The translations under genes were made by a program, and so were the position numbers. Of a DNA stretch of 64,000 bases, positions 19,299 through 29,009 are shown in pieces. The notes under the pieces are model-generated. The model did no database searches. It was not told where the DNA came from and worked only from the letters and a program-made list of their open reading frames with translations. The stretch's first letter is position 1; each line of letters begins with the position of its first letter. This stretch comes from a virus: the IMG/VR virus record IMGVR_UViG_3300030107_007542, positions 96,001 to 160,000 of that record; one strand, written 5' to 3'.

Positions 19299-20250
19299 TG
19301 TGTCGATTATCTACAATCTCCTGGTTCTCCTTGAACCATTTAATGGTGTCTACGATTCCCTCTTCGATACTAACAGTTGGTTCGAAGCCGTGGGACTTTG
19401 CGCGAGTCATGTCAAACACCCTGCGTGCATCGCCTGTGGGCTTTGTTGTATCCCATCGTACCTCGATGTCTTTACCGCAGTGCTTGACTACTAGATCCAC
19501 AATGGTCTTAATTTGCACTCCATCGCCGGAGCCTAAATTAATAGGGTCCGTAACCCCGTTCTCCACCGCGTGTAGCATACCTAGTGCAACATCCCGGGAA
19601 TGAATAAAGTCCCTAATAGGAGACCCGTCGCCCCATACTTCAAGGTGGTCATTCTCTAGGGCCTTACGCACCAGTGATGGAACTACCATAGCATTCTCAG
19701 GGTCAAAGTTGTCGTATGGACCATACACGTTTGCCGGCCGGACTATAGAAACGCAGTCCCAACCGTACTGTATGGAATACGCCTGTGCTTGTAGCTCCCC
19801 GATCCTCTTGGCCCAACCAGCAAAGCGGTCGTTATCAGAGGGAAAAGTACTCCACACATCATCTTCCTTAAAAACCTCAGCTGGGTGATATACCCCAACA
19901 CTGCTAGTATAGAGGTACCACTTAACTCCTTGGGCTCGTGCAGCCTCCATCATGTTGGTATTAAACTGCAACATTGGTACCATGAAGTCTGCTGGTTGTT
20001 CTCGGCACATCTTGGGTGAACCCTTAACTCCGACGAGGTTGAAAACGTAGTCCATCCCCTCACAAATCTCCAGACACTTATCAAAGTATCGCAAGTCTGC
20101 CTTAACAAACTGTACACTCTCTGGGAGTCCCTGTGGGGTATCTAGTGAGACTACATATACCTGGGCTCCTCTCTCCACTAGCAAATCTACTAGAGGCCGG
20201 CCTATCATCCCAGTACCCCCTGTTACTAATACCTTTTGTCCCTCAAACAT
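19282..20250 (-). CDS. NAD-dependent epimerase/reductase (GDP-L-fucose synthase/ColC-like)
   Basis: VLVTGGTGMIG, YTSSVGVY, AGWAKR, RPANVYGPYDNF, VWGDGSPIRDFIH. Confidence 0.82.
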   Translation of the reverse strand: MFEGQKVLVTGGTGMIGRPLVDLLVERGAQVYVVSLDTPQGLPESVQFVKADLRYFDKCLEICEGMDYVFNLVGVKGSPKMCREQPADFMVPMLQFNTNMMEAARAQGVKWYLYTSSVGVYHPAEVFKEDDVWSTFPSDNDRFAGWAKRIGELQAQAYSIQYGWDCVSIVRPANVYGPYDNFDPENAMVVPSLVRKALENDHLEVWGDGSPIRDFIHSRDVALGMLHAVENGVTDPINLGSGDGVQIKTIVDLVVKHCGKDIEVRWDTTKPTGDARRVFDMTRAKSHGFEPTVSIEEGIVDTIKWFKENQEIVDNRHNAFRK

Positions 20251-21442
20251 TGTTTATCCTTTCACACAAGTCAATTATTTGTTCTCTCGTTAAGTCAATA
20301 TGATTTCCCACATATAAACTAAAGTCATGGATGTGGTCGGCTACGTCCAGACGACCCACAATCTTATATTCATAGAGTCCTTCTCTCAGGTATGGCTGGC
20401 GGGCCTGGTTGCCCCCTCCTGCCGTACCGAGGCGATACTCTACCCCAACCTCCTCTAGGACGCCTGCAATGCGGCAGAGAAGCTCCTTGTCCGTCTCCTG
20501 CAGGATTAAGGGTAGTGCAAAGTTACTATTACCCTCTAGTGCATAGTCGGTGAAGAACCGCTGGGAGTTTAGGTGTGAAACCCAGCATTCCAAATTCTCA
20601 ACGCGGCGAGCGATATTTGAATCAAGCCGTTGCAGCTGTTCCAGTCCCAGGACTGCGTTCATCTCCATGCTGCGTAGATTATATCCGGGCACAGCAAAAG
20701 TAAAGAGAGGATTGAGATCTGGATAATTCTTCTTATAACGATCTTGGAAAGCCGGAGATGCCTCGCGGGTCATACCATGGGATCGAAACAAACGCGCGTA
20801 CTCATGGATCTCCGGGTTATTTGTGCAAACAACGCCGCCTTCAATTGTTGTGATGTGGTGGCCAAAATAAAACGAGAAGTTAGACATATCACCGAAGGCG
20901 CCAATTTTCTCACCATTGTATGTGGCCCCATGAGATTCACAACAGTCCTCAATCAACAGAATGTTGTATCGATCAGCTAGTTCTCGTAGCTCAGTTGACA
21001 TGGCGTTAAAGCCCATCGCATGCACCAAAACAATAGCCTTTGTGTAGGGGGTGACTGCTTCTTGGATATTCTCAAACGTCATTGAAAAATTGCTTTTATC
21101 AACATCAACAAAAACAGGCGTCATCCCTAGATTAACCACAGGAGCAATATCCGAAACCCAACCAATGGGAGGCACAATAACCTCCCCAACTCCTTTAAGC
21201 TCTTTAACGATTGACATCATGATATAGTTGGCCGAGGCGCCCGAATTTACAAACGTGGTGTGATTGACCTGCAACCACTCAGACCACTTGCTTTCAAACT
21301 CTCGTACCTTGGGTCCATTTGTAAAACGAACGTTAGGGGTCTTAATAAAATCAATCAAAGCCTGCTTATCAGACTCAGTAATGTTGTCATTAATCAAAGG
21401 CCACGTAAATTTATTTGGTGCCATAATATTCTCCATATTCAA
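20243..21442 (-). CDS. DegT/DnrJ-family PLP enzyme, His-type (ColD-like NDP-4-keto-6-deoxysugar 3-dehydratase)
   Basis: EDCCESHGA and SFYFGHHITTIEGG (His where aminotransferases have the Schiff-base Lys); no Fe-S Cys cluster. Start may be ATG 21424. Confidence 0.8.
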   Translation of the reverse strand: MNMENIMAPNKFTWPLINDNITESDKQALIDFIKTPNVRFTNGPKVREFESKWSEWLQVNHTTFVNSGASANYIMMSIVKELKGVGEVIVPPIGWVSDIAPVVNLGMTPVFVDVDKSNFSMTFENIQEAVTPYTKAIVLVHAMGFNAMSTELRELADRYNILLIEDCCESHGATYNGEKIGAFGDMSNFSFYFGHHITTIEGGVVCTNNPEIHEYARLFRSHGMTREASPAFQDRYKKNYPDLNPLFTFAVPGYNLRSMEMNAVLGLEQLQRLDSNIARRVENLECWVSHLNSQRFFTDYALEGNSNFALPLILQETDKELLCRIAGVLEEVGVEYRLGTAGGGNQARQPYLREGLYEYKIVGRLDVADHIHDFSLYVGNHIDLTREQIIDLCERINNV

Positions 21443-21947
21443 CTATAAGAGTGGGTCGAGCGTCGTCTCGTTCGTAGGCTTTCTGAAAGGCCGGAAAGAT
21501 CTCTTCTGGCTCCTTAAGCTCAACCACATCCACATAAGTGAGCATTTTCCGAAATGCCTCAGTATGGTTCTGGGTATGCTGAGGGCCGGCGTCAATGGGT
21601 GTTTTCGCTCCAATAGCCACTCTAATGATAACGCGTGGGCGCATATCCCCGGACGACATTACATTAATCTTATCCAAATGATTCACAAGCTGGTTACACG
21701 CCAAAATAAAGAAATCAAAACGAGGATACATTGTAATCGGAACAAGACCCGTAAGGGCCATGCCCGTAGACAGCCCCAATTGTGTCTCTTCAAAGACCGG
21801 TAGTTCTACACGCTTGTCCAAGGGGACATTCACCAGTGTGCTAGAAATAGCGTGACCGCTAACGCGGCATGCCTGCCCCAGAAAGATTGTGTCTTTCTGT
21901 TGCCCAAGCCAGTCCATAGACCGGATTAATTCATCGCGATATTTCAT
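21411..21947 (-). CDS. Transketolase/pyruvate dehydrogenase E1 beta-like subunit (pyrimidine-binding domain only)
   Basis: ELPVFEETQLGLSTGMALTG, NQLVNHLDK, GPQHTQ. Lacks the C-terminal domain. Start set at MKYRD. Confidence 0.82.
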   Translation of the reverse strand: MKYRDELIRSMDWLGQQKDTIFLGQACRVSGHAISSTLVNVPLDKRVELPVFEETQLGLSTGMALTGLVPITMYPRFDFFILACNQLVNHLDKINVMSSGDMRPRVIIRVAIGAKTPIDAGPQHTQNHTEAFRKMLTYVDVVELKEPEEIFPAFQKAYERDDARPTLIVEYGEYYGTK

Positions 21948-21949
21948 AA

Positions 21950-22582
21950 CTAAAAATTCACCCATTTTCCAGTACCATGATGGGGGTATTCCATCTCGTA
22001 CGCATAATATATAACATCATCTGGAATGGGTTGTTTGACCCCCCACGCCATATCCGTCGGAGTGTGGACGCTCATATTGTTATCTTCAATAACCCACTGC
22101 AAGGGAAGGTCAAAGTTTTTGGCATATTTATAGCTTTCATAAAATACGCCCCCTTCGGCGGTCATATCTCCAACAAAACACCACACTCGGTTGGGCGATT
22201 TAAGCTTCTTTAGGCCAGCTGCAGCGCCCAGGGCCATCGGGATAATCCCTCCAACAATCGAAGATGCATAAAAATTAGGATTGACGTTGTTCGTTCCCAT
22301 GCTGTGTCCTTTGACAATGTTCGCAAACAGCTTATCTTCGGGGACACCGTGTAACAAGGCGTGATAATGATTTCGCCAGGGAACAAAAACCCAGTCTTTC
22401 TCGCTTACGTGTTGAAAAATCTCAATGAGTTGTTCCTCATTGTTTTTTGCTAGGTGAATAGGGCCAGCTATTTCTCCGGCCTCGTACTTGTCTCGCACTC
22501 GCGACTCAAAATCTATAAGTTCTTGAGCGGTGTACAACGGTTCCCGAACCTTCTTCAGATGTGATGGTATTTTTAGTGTCAT
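21950..22582 (-). CDS. ThDP-dependent E1 alpha-like subunit
   Basis: GPIHL...EEQLI, WRNHYHAL, CFVGD...EDNN (GDx25-30N ThDP-binding motif). Confidence 0.82.
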   Translation of the reverse strand: MTLKIPSHLKKVREPLYTAQELIDFESRVRDKYEAGEIAGPIHLAKNNEEQLIEIFQHVSEKDWVFVPWRNHYHALLHGVPEDKLFANIVKGHSMGTNNVNPNFYASSIVGGIIPMALGAAAGLKKLKSPNRVWCFVGDMTAEGGVFYESYKYAKNFDLPLQWVIEDNNMSVHTPTDMAWGVKQPIPDDVIYYAYEMEYPHHGTGKWVNF

Positions 22583-23058
22583 TATTTATCTCTCGGTTGT
22601 AAAATAGGGTTATCAATTGGCCAGTCAATATTCCAGGAAGAATCGTCCCACTTAATGGTGAACTGATCGTTAACATCTGGGTATGATCCAGGGTACAACC
22701 ACTTATAGTGGAACACCGATTCATCGCTCAGGACCAGAAATCCATTTCCAACGCCCGGGGGCAAAAGAACTTGTTTGCGACTTCTTGAATCTAGTATCAT
22801 CGAATCCCATTGTTTATTCGTTGAAGAAGTGGGTCGTGGATCAGCTACCACAAAGTATAGTTCCCCGTATAAGCAGGTCACTAGCTTCCAAGATTTTTGG
22901 TCGCCATGAATTCCCCGTAGGACATTGCGTCGCGAAGTTGAGACTTTATCATGATTGAAATTGAACCTGTGCGTATCAGAATTCCATAAAGTCCAAAGAT
23001 CTCCTCTATAGTCTGTGTACACATCTGGCTGCATAACTTCAACGCCTTCAATCTTCAT
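22582..23058 (-). CDS. rmlC: dTDP-4-dehydrorhamnose 3,5-epimerase
   Basis: DYRGDL, STSRRNVLRGIH, KLVTCLYG, VGNGFLVLSD, IKWDD...IDWP. Confidence 0.88.
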   Translation of the reverse strand: MKIEGVEVMQPDVYTDYRGDLWTLWNSDTHRFNFNHDKVSTSRRNVLRGIHGDQKSWKLVTCLYGELYFVVADPRPTSSTNKQWDSMILDSRSRKQVLLPPGVGNGFLVLSDESVFHYKWLYPGSYPDVNDQFTIKWDDSSWNIDWPIDNPILQPRDK

Positions 23059-23467
23059 TATCGCTCCAGCTAATCTCCCAATCTTTAAACTCGGCCGCCA
23101 AACAATCTATTTTATAATCCTTACGGCCGCCGGCGAGTTCTTGGATCTTGTTCTTTGCTGTATTTCGAATACCATTAAGCCCATGGGTCAGTTCCAGATT
23201 ATTGCCATCCCTGATCCCTTTCCGGTAGTTTGACTCATTATGCCAAATATGTAAATTCATCTGCGATAGAACAACTATCGCCCGCACAACCTCAGCATTT
23301 ATTTCTTCGGCTTCGTTCAAACACACATCGATATCGTGACAAATGTCTTTAATTTCCTGTGCGTATTCCTCTTTATGGTCTGTTATAAAGACTTCTTTCA
23401 GCTGGGTGATAGACAGCCGGTCAACCAGTTCAGCTAAAGTGGGAAGGTATTTTCGTTCACTTGTCAT
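23048..23467 (-). CDS. Hypothetical protein within the sugar cluster
   Basis: 139-aa helical ORF (LPTLAELVDRLSI...) overlapping both neighbours. Confidence 0.65.
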   Translation of the reverse strand: MTSERKYLPTLAELVDRLSITQLKEVFITDHKEEYAQEIKDICHDIDVCLNEAEEINAEVVRAIVVLSQMNLHIWHNESNYRKGIRDGNNLELTHGLNGIRNTAKNKIQELAGGRKDYKIDCLAAEFKDWEISWSDNED

Positions 23468-24320
23468 TCAAAGTCCTTTGTAGATTATCAGCAAATGTGT
23501 CGGCCATTGACATATAGTTTTTGGCAGTCTCAAAGTTTTCCTTCACTGCATCATATCTTTTATGATACTCTTCTGGCGATAAATTGTCAAGTATTTTAAA
23601 TAATTCTTTTCCATCATTAAACGACAGAATTCCATCAGTATTGAAATACTCCCCTATGTTATCACATCCCCAGAAAATTGGAATGGTGCCATGCCTGAAC
23701 ACGTCGACCAAGGTTTCCGTAAAATAGTTGTCCTGCTTTGAGTTCATAACCGTTATGCTAAAATAATAATCTTTAAGCGGCTCCGTCTTACCCTCTTGTT
23801 GAGCAGCGCCAGTACCAATCTCAGGGTTGCCCCATGGGCGATAAGCTTCGCCCCACAAGTCAACATCATAGCGGTCCTGGACCGAGCTGGCAACTACATG
23901 GCGTAACCGATGGCCTACGGTCCAGTTCTTTTTAGACGCTATTAGAGACATAAGCTTAGTCTTGTCATGTAGACCCGCATCAGCATCAGCTACTCGCGAG
24001 GATGCAATAATACTCTTAACATATTTTGGACCTCTATCCAGAAGAGTTTGATCAAACGTAAAGATATGATCAAATTTATGCTCCGTCTGAAGTATGTGAT
24101 CATAGGCAAACGGATGAACTTCCCGGCACTCTAAAATCCAAGCAACCTTTTTAGTGCACTGTACCTTATCTACCCACGGTGACAATAAGTCCTTATCAGT
24201 AAAGACCGCAGGACCATCAAATGCTGGCTGACCATGAACCCACTCAATCTTCTCCTGCGAGTGTTCCTTATACCCTTCTGGCGTAAGACTATCAAATAAA
24301 TTGGCTCTAAAGGTCGTCAT
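23457..24320 (-). CDS. Glycosyltransferase, GT10 (fucosyltransferase)-like
   Basis: MSLIASKK...GHRLRH, LKDYYFSITVMNS..NYFTETLVD...GTIPIFWG resembles the GT10 alpha-1,3-FucT motif. Start set at MTTFR. Confidence 0.7.
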   Translation of the reverse strand: MTTFRANLFDSLTPEGYKEHSQEKIEWVHGQPAFDGPAVFTDKDLLSPWVDKVQCTKKVAWILECREVHPFAYDHILQTEHKFDHIFTFDQTLLDRGPKYVKSIIASSRVADADAGLHDKTKLMSLIASKKNWTVGHRLRHVVASSVQDRYDVDLWGEAYRPWGNPEIGTGAAQQEGKTEPLKDYYFSITVMNSKQDNYFTETLVDVFRHGTIPIFWGCDNIGEYFNTDGILSFNDGKELFKILDNLSPEEYHKRYDAVKENFETAKNYMSMADTFADNLQRTLNDK

Positions 24321-24612
24321 CAAAAAAGTCCCTGCTATTAATGGCTTTATCATCAATAAAAATGTCGTAATGAGGCTTCCCTAGTTTAAGTTCATGATGT
24401 TTAGCTCCCCACTCTTCTAACTGGTTGGTTGTTAGCTCAGTCCAGTCCCGGCCTGTTACACCGCCGCGAGCAGTCCAATAAACTATAGTATGACCGTCGT
24501 CATATAACTCATTAATTTTTTTGATGTTCTCGCGGAGAGGCTTTGCATCCGGATAATATCTTTCTCCAGCATAGAAACAAATTGTTTCATCTATATCCAC
24601 GTAATATATCAT
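24307..24612 (-). CDS. Small HAD-superfamily phosphatase-like protein
   Basis: YYVDIDETIC (DxD), VYWTARG, KPHYDIFIDDKA. Confidence 0.78.
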   Translation of the reverse strand: MIYYVDIDETICFYAGERYYPDAKPLRENIKKINELYDDGHTIVYWTARGGVTGRDWTELTTNQLEEWGAKHHELKLGKPHYDIFIDDKAINSRDFFDDDL

Positions 24613-24614
24613 TC

Positions 24615-24956
24615 CTAGTCTCCCTTCTGTATTCTGTGACTGTCGCTATCGAAATGTTCTGTTGAAAACTCAAACAATTCTGAGTCCTCTAGAGCGATCA
24701 TCTGATGTCGCAGGCCGCGGTACACATGAAAGTTGTCGCCGGCATTAAGGATCAATTCAGTTGCTTGATCTAGATCGTCGTCGTCGGAATATTTGACTAT
24801 CATCTTACCACTTTGCAAATAGAACACTTCATCCTTTAACACATGATAATGCCACGAACAACGCTTGCCTTTATTAAAATATAAAAGCTTTCCGCAATAC
24901 TCTGGCTTGTTAACAATCCAGCGCTCCCAGCCCCATCCTTTGTCTACATGTTGCAT
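24615..24956 (-). CDS. Cupin protein (sugar-phosphate isomerase-like)
   Basis: KGWGWERWI, CSWHYHVLKDEVF, GLRHQMIALEDSELFEFST. Start set at MQHVDK. Confidence 0.78.
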   Translation of the reverse strand: MQHVDKGWGWERWIVNKPEYCGKLLYFNKGKRCSWHYHVLKDEVFYLQSGKMIVKYSDDDDLDQATELILNAGDNFHVYRGLRHQMIALEDSELFEFSTEHFDSDSHRIQKGD

Positions 24957-24957
24957 A

Positions 24958-25908
24958 TTACCACCTAAAGTTGTTTCTACATTCTTCGACGATCTTAGTG
25001 ATCTCTTCATGGAATTTTTTCTTAGGCTCCCAGCCTAAAGCGCGCAGCTTAGAATCATCTAGAGCATAGCGTACGTCCTGACCTAGACGAACAACAGAAA
25101 AATCTACATATTGTTCCCAGTTTTCGTCGGTGCCATAAAATGCTTTCACGATTTGCTTTACTGTCTCCCGATTACTCTGCTCAAAGCCGCCGGCTACGTT
25201 ATAAATCTCGTCCACCACGCCAGCCTCCACAATGGTGACAACTGCTGCCGCAGTGTCTTCAGCATGCAACCAGTTTCGCACGGGGGTTCCCTGGTTATGA
25301 AGTCGAATAGGGTTGTCGCGCGTAAGATTCTTTACAGCAATAGGGATTAATTTCTCTGGGTATTGTCCGATACCGTAGTTATTTGTCGGTCGCAAAATAA
25401 TATAGTTGATATCATAGGTCCTGGCCCACGCATGAATAAGCATATCTGCAGCAGCCTTGGCGGCTGAGTATGGGTTGCTAGGCTTAAGAAGGTCTGTTTC
25501 GGTGTGATCACCGTCTGCAATATCTCCATACACTTCATCTGTGCTTACATGAAAGAAGATGGGTCGATTATTGCAGTTTAATGGCTTATGACGGACCAAA
25601 TCAAGAAGGTTTTTGACCCCCACAATATTACTGTTGATAAATTCGTCGCTGTTAATGATGCTGTTGCCCACATGTGACTCTGCCGCGAAGTTAATAACAT
25701 AATCACAATCATAAAGATGCGTTAGATTACAGATATCTTCGCGTAAAAACCTAAAATTATAATAGGATTCGAACTCTTCCAACAAAGACTCATTAGCTAC
25801 GTAGGTACATTTGTCTATACCATACACTTTCCAGCCCAGTTCTAGGCATTTTCGTGTCGTATATGACCCTATAAAGCCCAAGCATCCTGTAATATAAACA
25901 ATTTTCAT
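24958..25908 (-). CDS. rmlB: dTDP-glucose 4,6-dehydratase
   Basis: ITGCLGFIG, INFAAESHV, HVSTDEVYGD, PSNPYSAAK, RPTNNYG..QYPEKLIP. Confidence 0.88.
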   Translation of the reverse strand: MKIVYITGCLGFIGSYTTRKCLELGWKVYGIDKCTYVANESLLEEFESYYNFRFLREDICNLTHLYDCDYVINFAAESHVGNSIINSDEFINSNIVGVKNLLDLVRHKPLNCNNRPIFFHVSTDEVYGDIADGDHTETDLLKPSNPYSAAKAAADMLIHAWARTYDINYIILRPTNNYGIGQYPEKLIPIAVKNLTRDNPIRLHNQGTPVRNWLHAEDTAAAVVTIVEAGVVDEIYNVAGGFEQSNRETVKQIVKAFYGTDENWEQYVDFSVVRLGQDVRYALDDSKLRALGWEPKKKFHEEITKIVEECRNNFRW

Positions 25909-27245
25909 TGATACTTCTCCATAAATCGATTCACAGAGCCTTCAATATAGTCTAATTTTTCATCAGTAATCCCGGCGAAAGTGCCCAAAAAGAAGGAATT
26001 AGTGGTGATTTTATAGGCTACCGGGAATGTCTCTTTAAGATTTTCGTACTGTCGGCCAAGCTCTGAGTATCCGGGGTGGAACAAAATGTTGCCGGCAAAA
26101 TAACTGCGTGTTTGAATTTTATCCCCTTCCAGGTGGCGCACGATATCTTCACGCGTGAAGGGTGCATCCTCCCTAAGTGTTAGCAAAAAGGCAAACCAAC
26201 AGGGATCTGATTTGGGTGTGGGCTCTGGGAGGTGGCAGTACTTGGCATAGGGCTCGAAAATCTCATGCAAACGTGCAAAGTTTTTGCGGCGGGCTCCGTC
26301 CATCATCGGAAGCTTCTTAAGCTGTTGTAATCCCATAGCTGCTTGCAGTTCTAGGGGCTTGATATTATAGCCAATTTCTTCGAAAACATAACGATGGTCT
26401 GCAATGATCTCTCTCGCACCCGGGAGCCAGTTCTTGAACCTGTTGCCGCAAGCTGTCCCACTTAGGACACATCCCGGCTTAACAGAATTGCAATAGCAAG
26501 CGCGGCCCCAATCACGGAAACTGCTGATGATTTTTTCTAGTCGAGCGGAGTTCATCGCGACGAAGCCGCCTTCGCCCATAGTCATATGATGAGCAGGGTA
26601 AAATGAACAGGTTGAGATATCCCCAAAAGAGCCGAGCTTCTTGCCGTCATATGTTGAACCCAAAGCATCGCAAGCGTCTTCTAAGAAAAGTAAGTCATAT
26701 TTCTCTACTAGGGCCATTACACGATCCATGTCGGGAGGATTCCCCAGCACATGAGCAAACATAAGAGCCTTGATCTCTTTGTTGGTGTCGGCAGCTAAGG
26801 CCGCTTCAACTTGATCAAGATCAAGATTTAAGTCTGGAAGAGTGACGTCCACGAAAACTGGTTTAAAGCCATTCTGGATAATCGGATTAAGAGTCGTAGG
26901 GAAGCATACAACGGGGGTAATAATTTTAGACCCCTCCGGGAGTTGCTTCCATCTTTTGGATTTAAGCGCCGACACCATAAGTAGGTTTGCAGAGCTACCT
27001 GAGTTTGTCAGGACTCCATGAGTCTTTCCTAGGTGTGCGGGGAACTCAACTTCAAATTGACGCCCCTTTTTGCCTAATACAAGCCATCGACTAAGCAGGC
27101 TTTCCACAGCAGCCACGTATTCGTCACTATTATATACGTTGCCTGAATAGGCAATCCAGTCCTCGCCAGGGGTCCAACTCTCGGCGCCCTCGCATTCTTT
27201 AATATATTCATCAACCAAAGTTAAGATAGTGTCTAACTTAGACAT
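25905..27245 (-). CDS. rfbH: CDP-4-keto-6-deoxyglucose 3-dehydratase (E1/DdhC)
   Basis: NSGSSANLL, EDACDALG, SFYPAHHMTMGEGG (catalytic His) and RDWGRACYC...C...CGNRF (2Fe-2S Cys cluster). Confidence 0.9.
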   Translation of the reverse strand: MSKLDTILTLVDEYIKECEGAESWTPGEDWIAYSGNVYNSDEYVAAVESLLSRWLVLGKKGRQFEVEFPAHLGKTHGVLTNSGSSANLLMVSALKSKRWKQLPEGSKIITPVVCFPTTLNPIIQNGFKPVFVDVTLPDLNLDLDQVEAALAADTNKEIKALMFAHVLGNPPDMDRVMALVEKYDLLFLEDACDALGSTYDGKKLGSFGDISTCSFYPAHHMTMGEGGFVAMNSARLEKIISSFRDWGRACYCNSVKPGCVLSGTACGNRFKNWLPGAREIIADHRYVFEEIGYNIKPLELQAAMGLQQLKKLPMMDGARRKNFARLHEIFEPYAKYCHLPEPTPKSDPCWFAFLLTLREDAPFTREDIVRHLEGDKIQTRSYFAGNILFHPGYSELGRQYENLKETFPVAYKITTNSFFLGTFAGITDEKLDYIEGSVNRFMEKYQ

Positions 27246-28062
27246 TTTGTTCCCTCTCCATGACCTGACGGATTCCTTCCTGTAATCCTACCAGATCTAG
27301 ACCTAGTTCCTCCAGCCGAGCGCCGGAGCCGGTGTATGTATAAGCATATCCTTGCTTTTCTAATATAATGCCTGTGCTATTCGTTGTCAAGTTGTTCAGT
27401 TCTTGTGCAACCTCTAACAAACTGCTTTTATCAGGATAACACATGTTATAGTCTACATGTGTTGTGTGTTTTCGCGTCATCAAATGTTCTATCACCTTGA
27501 TAAGATCTCCCACATAAAAGAAATCCATCTTTCGATCTTGAAGGATAAAAACAGGAAGGCCCTCTCTTATTCTCGCCATTGAATTCTTAATGAATCTCGT
27601 ACTTTTCTCCATTGTACCAAAACATCCGAACAAACGCAAGTTAATAATATTCTTATTATGCAGAATAATCTCGCGAGCAATTAAATTCTTGGCTAGTCCG
27701 TAATAATCCGTGGGAATACATCCATAGATATTTTCTTCAACAGCATTCTCGACATTTGAGTACCTATCAAATGCTGCGCCGGAGCCAAACGAAAACATCC
27801 ACTTATACTTATCGGCATGCGCCTTAAGATTGTGAAACATATTTAAGTTAGCCCTAAGGGATGCGAAGCTATTGTCTGCTCTAACAGCAGTGTGGAGTAC
27901 AACATCAATCCGGTGGTTAGAAAAAAAGCTCTCCACCTGTGTTGCATCTGTAAGATCTAGCGTTTGCCGTGGTGCGGCGATGACCTCATGAGTAGTTCGA
28001 GAAAAGTGCTCTACAAACTCTTTACCGAGAAAACCATTTGCTCCGGTTATTAATATCTTCAT
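27238..28062 (-). CDS. NAD-dependent epimerase/reductase (YerF-like SDR)
   Basis: ILITGANGFLG, FGSGAAF, YGLAK (YxxxK), LRLFGCFG. Confidence 0.78.
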   Translation of the reverse strand: MKILITGANGFLGKEFVEHFSRTTHEVIAAPRQTLDLTDATQVESFFSNHRIDVVLHTAVRADNSFASLRANLNMFHNLKAHADKYKWMFSFGSGAAFDRYSNVENAVEENIYGCIPTDYYGLAKNLIAREIILHNKNIINLRLFGCFGTMEKSTRFIKNSMARIREGLPVFILQDRKMDFFYVGDLIKVIEHLMTRKHTTHVDYNMCYPDKSSLLEVAQELNNLTTNSTGIILEKQGYAYTYTGSGARLEELGLDLVGLQEGIRQVMEREQNV

Positions 28063-28073
28063 TTAACACTAGA

Positions 28074-29009
28074 TTATTCCACCCACTTCGCCGATTTTCT
28101 AAGCTCAGTTAGTTGCTCATCTTTAATCGAATATGAGTAGGTTTCTCCCGGGAAGGCTCCACTGTGTACATCTGCCACGTACTGCTCGATAGCCATTTTG
28201 GCCAACACTAGCAAACCATCGCCTCGCTGAGTGCGACCCAGTTGGCGAAGATCTCCGGCGGCTGAAAGATATTCAGTAAACCTACCTACAACCTCCGGTA
28301 CATAACACTTTGCAAACCAAGGTCGGAAAGACTGATAGAAGCCCATCAGATCATGCATAATGACAAGTTGTCCGTCAACACCTCCGCCGGCGCCGATGCC
28401 ATAAATAGGAATTTCCAGCTGCGCTGCGATCTGGGCCGCTGGTTCTGCTGGCATCGCTTCAAGCAAAATAGCAAAGACGCCAGCCTCTTGTAATGCCAAT
28501 GCATCTTCAAGAGTATCCTCGAAGCTCTTTACAGTCTTTCCCTGGACTCGATATCCACCAAAGGAGGTTGTACTCTGAGGAGTGAGCCCCAGGTGCCCCA
28601 CAACCGGAATACCTGCATCAACAATTGCGCGTACGCGAGTGGATACTCGGCGCCCTCCTTCTAGCTTGATAGCATCAGATGCGCACTCTTTTACAAAGCG
28701 CATTGCATTTCTAACTGCTTCCTCATCACTAATCTCATATGACCCCTGAGGCATGTCTCCCACAATAAACGTATTTGGGGCGCCTCTGCGAGCAGAGGAG
28801 GCCATGAAAATCATTTCATCCATCGTAACCGGATTTGTGGTGTCGTATCCTAGTTGTACCATCCCCCCAGAATCGCCAACAAGAATCATATCAACTCCCG
28901 CTTCTTCCGTGACCTGAGCAAACGGCAAATCATAAGCCGTAATCCAAGTTAATGGAGTACCGTTCTTCTTCATGGATACAAAATCTAATATTGTTTTCTT
29001 AGTTGCCAT
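28074..29009 (-). CDS. panB: Ketopantoate hydroxymethyltransferase homologue with C-terminal insertion
   Basis: ITAYD, ILVGDS, IVGDMP, IKLEGG, GHLGLTPQ, LLEAMP, GIGAG, DGQLVIMHDLMG. Confidence 0.9.
   Translation of the reverse strand: MATKKTILDFVSMKKNGTPLTWITAYDLPFAQVTEEAGVDMILVGDSGGMVQLGYDTTNPVTMDEMIFMASSARRGAPNTFIVGDMPQGSYEISDEEAVRNAMRFVKECASDAIKLEGGRRVSTRVRAIVDAGIPVVGHLGLTPQSTTSFGGYRVQGKTVKSFEDTLEDALALQEAGVFAILLEAMPAEPAAQIAAQLEIPIYGIGAGGGVDGQLVIMHDLMGFYQSFRPWFAKCYVPEVVGRFTEYLSAAGDLRQLGRTQRGDGLLVLAKMAIEQYVADVHSGAFPGETYSYSIKDEQLTELRKSAKWVE

Noticed and set aside
20243-21442. Sugar aminotransferase (perosamine synthase-like) call
   Set aside because: The Schiff-base Lys position reads GHH (His), which is typical of ColD/E1 dehydratases.
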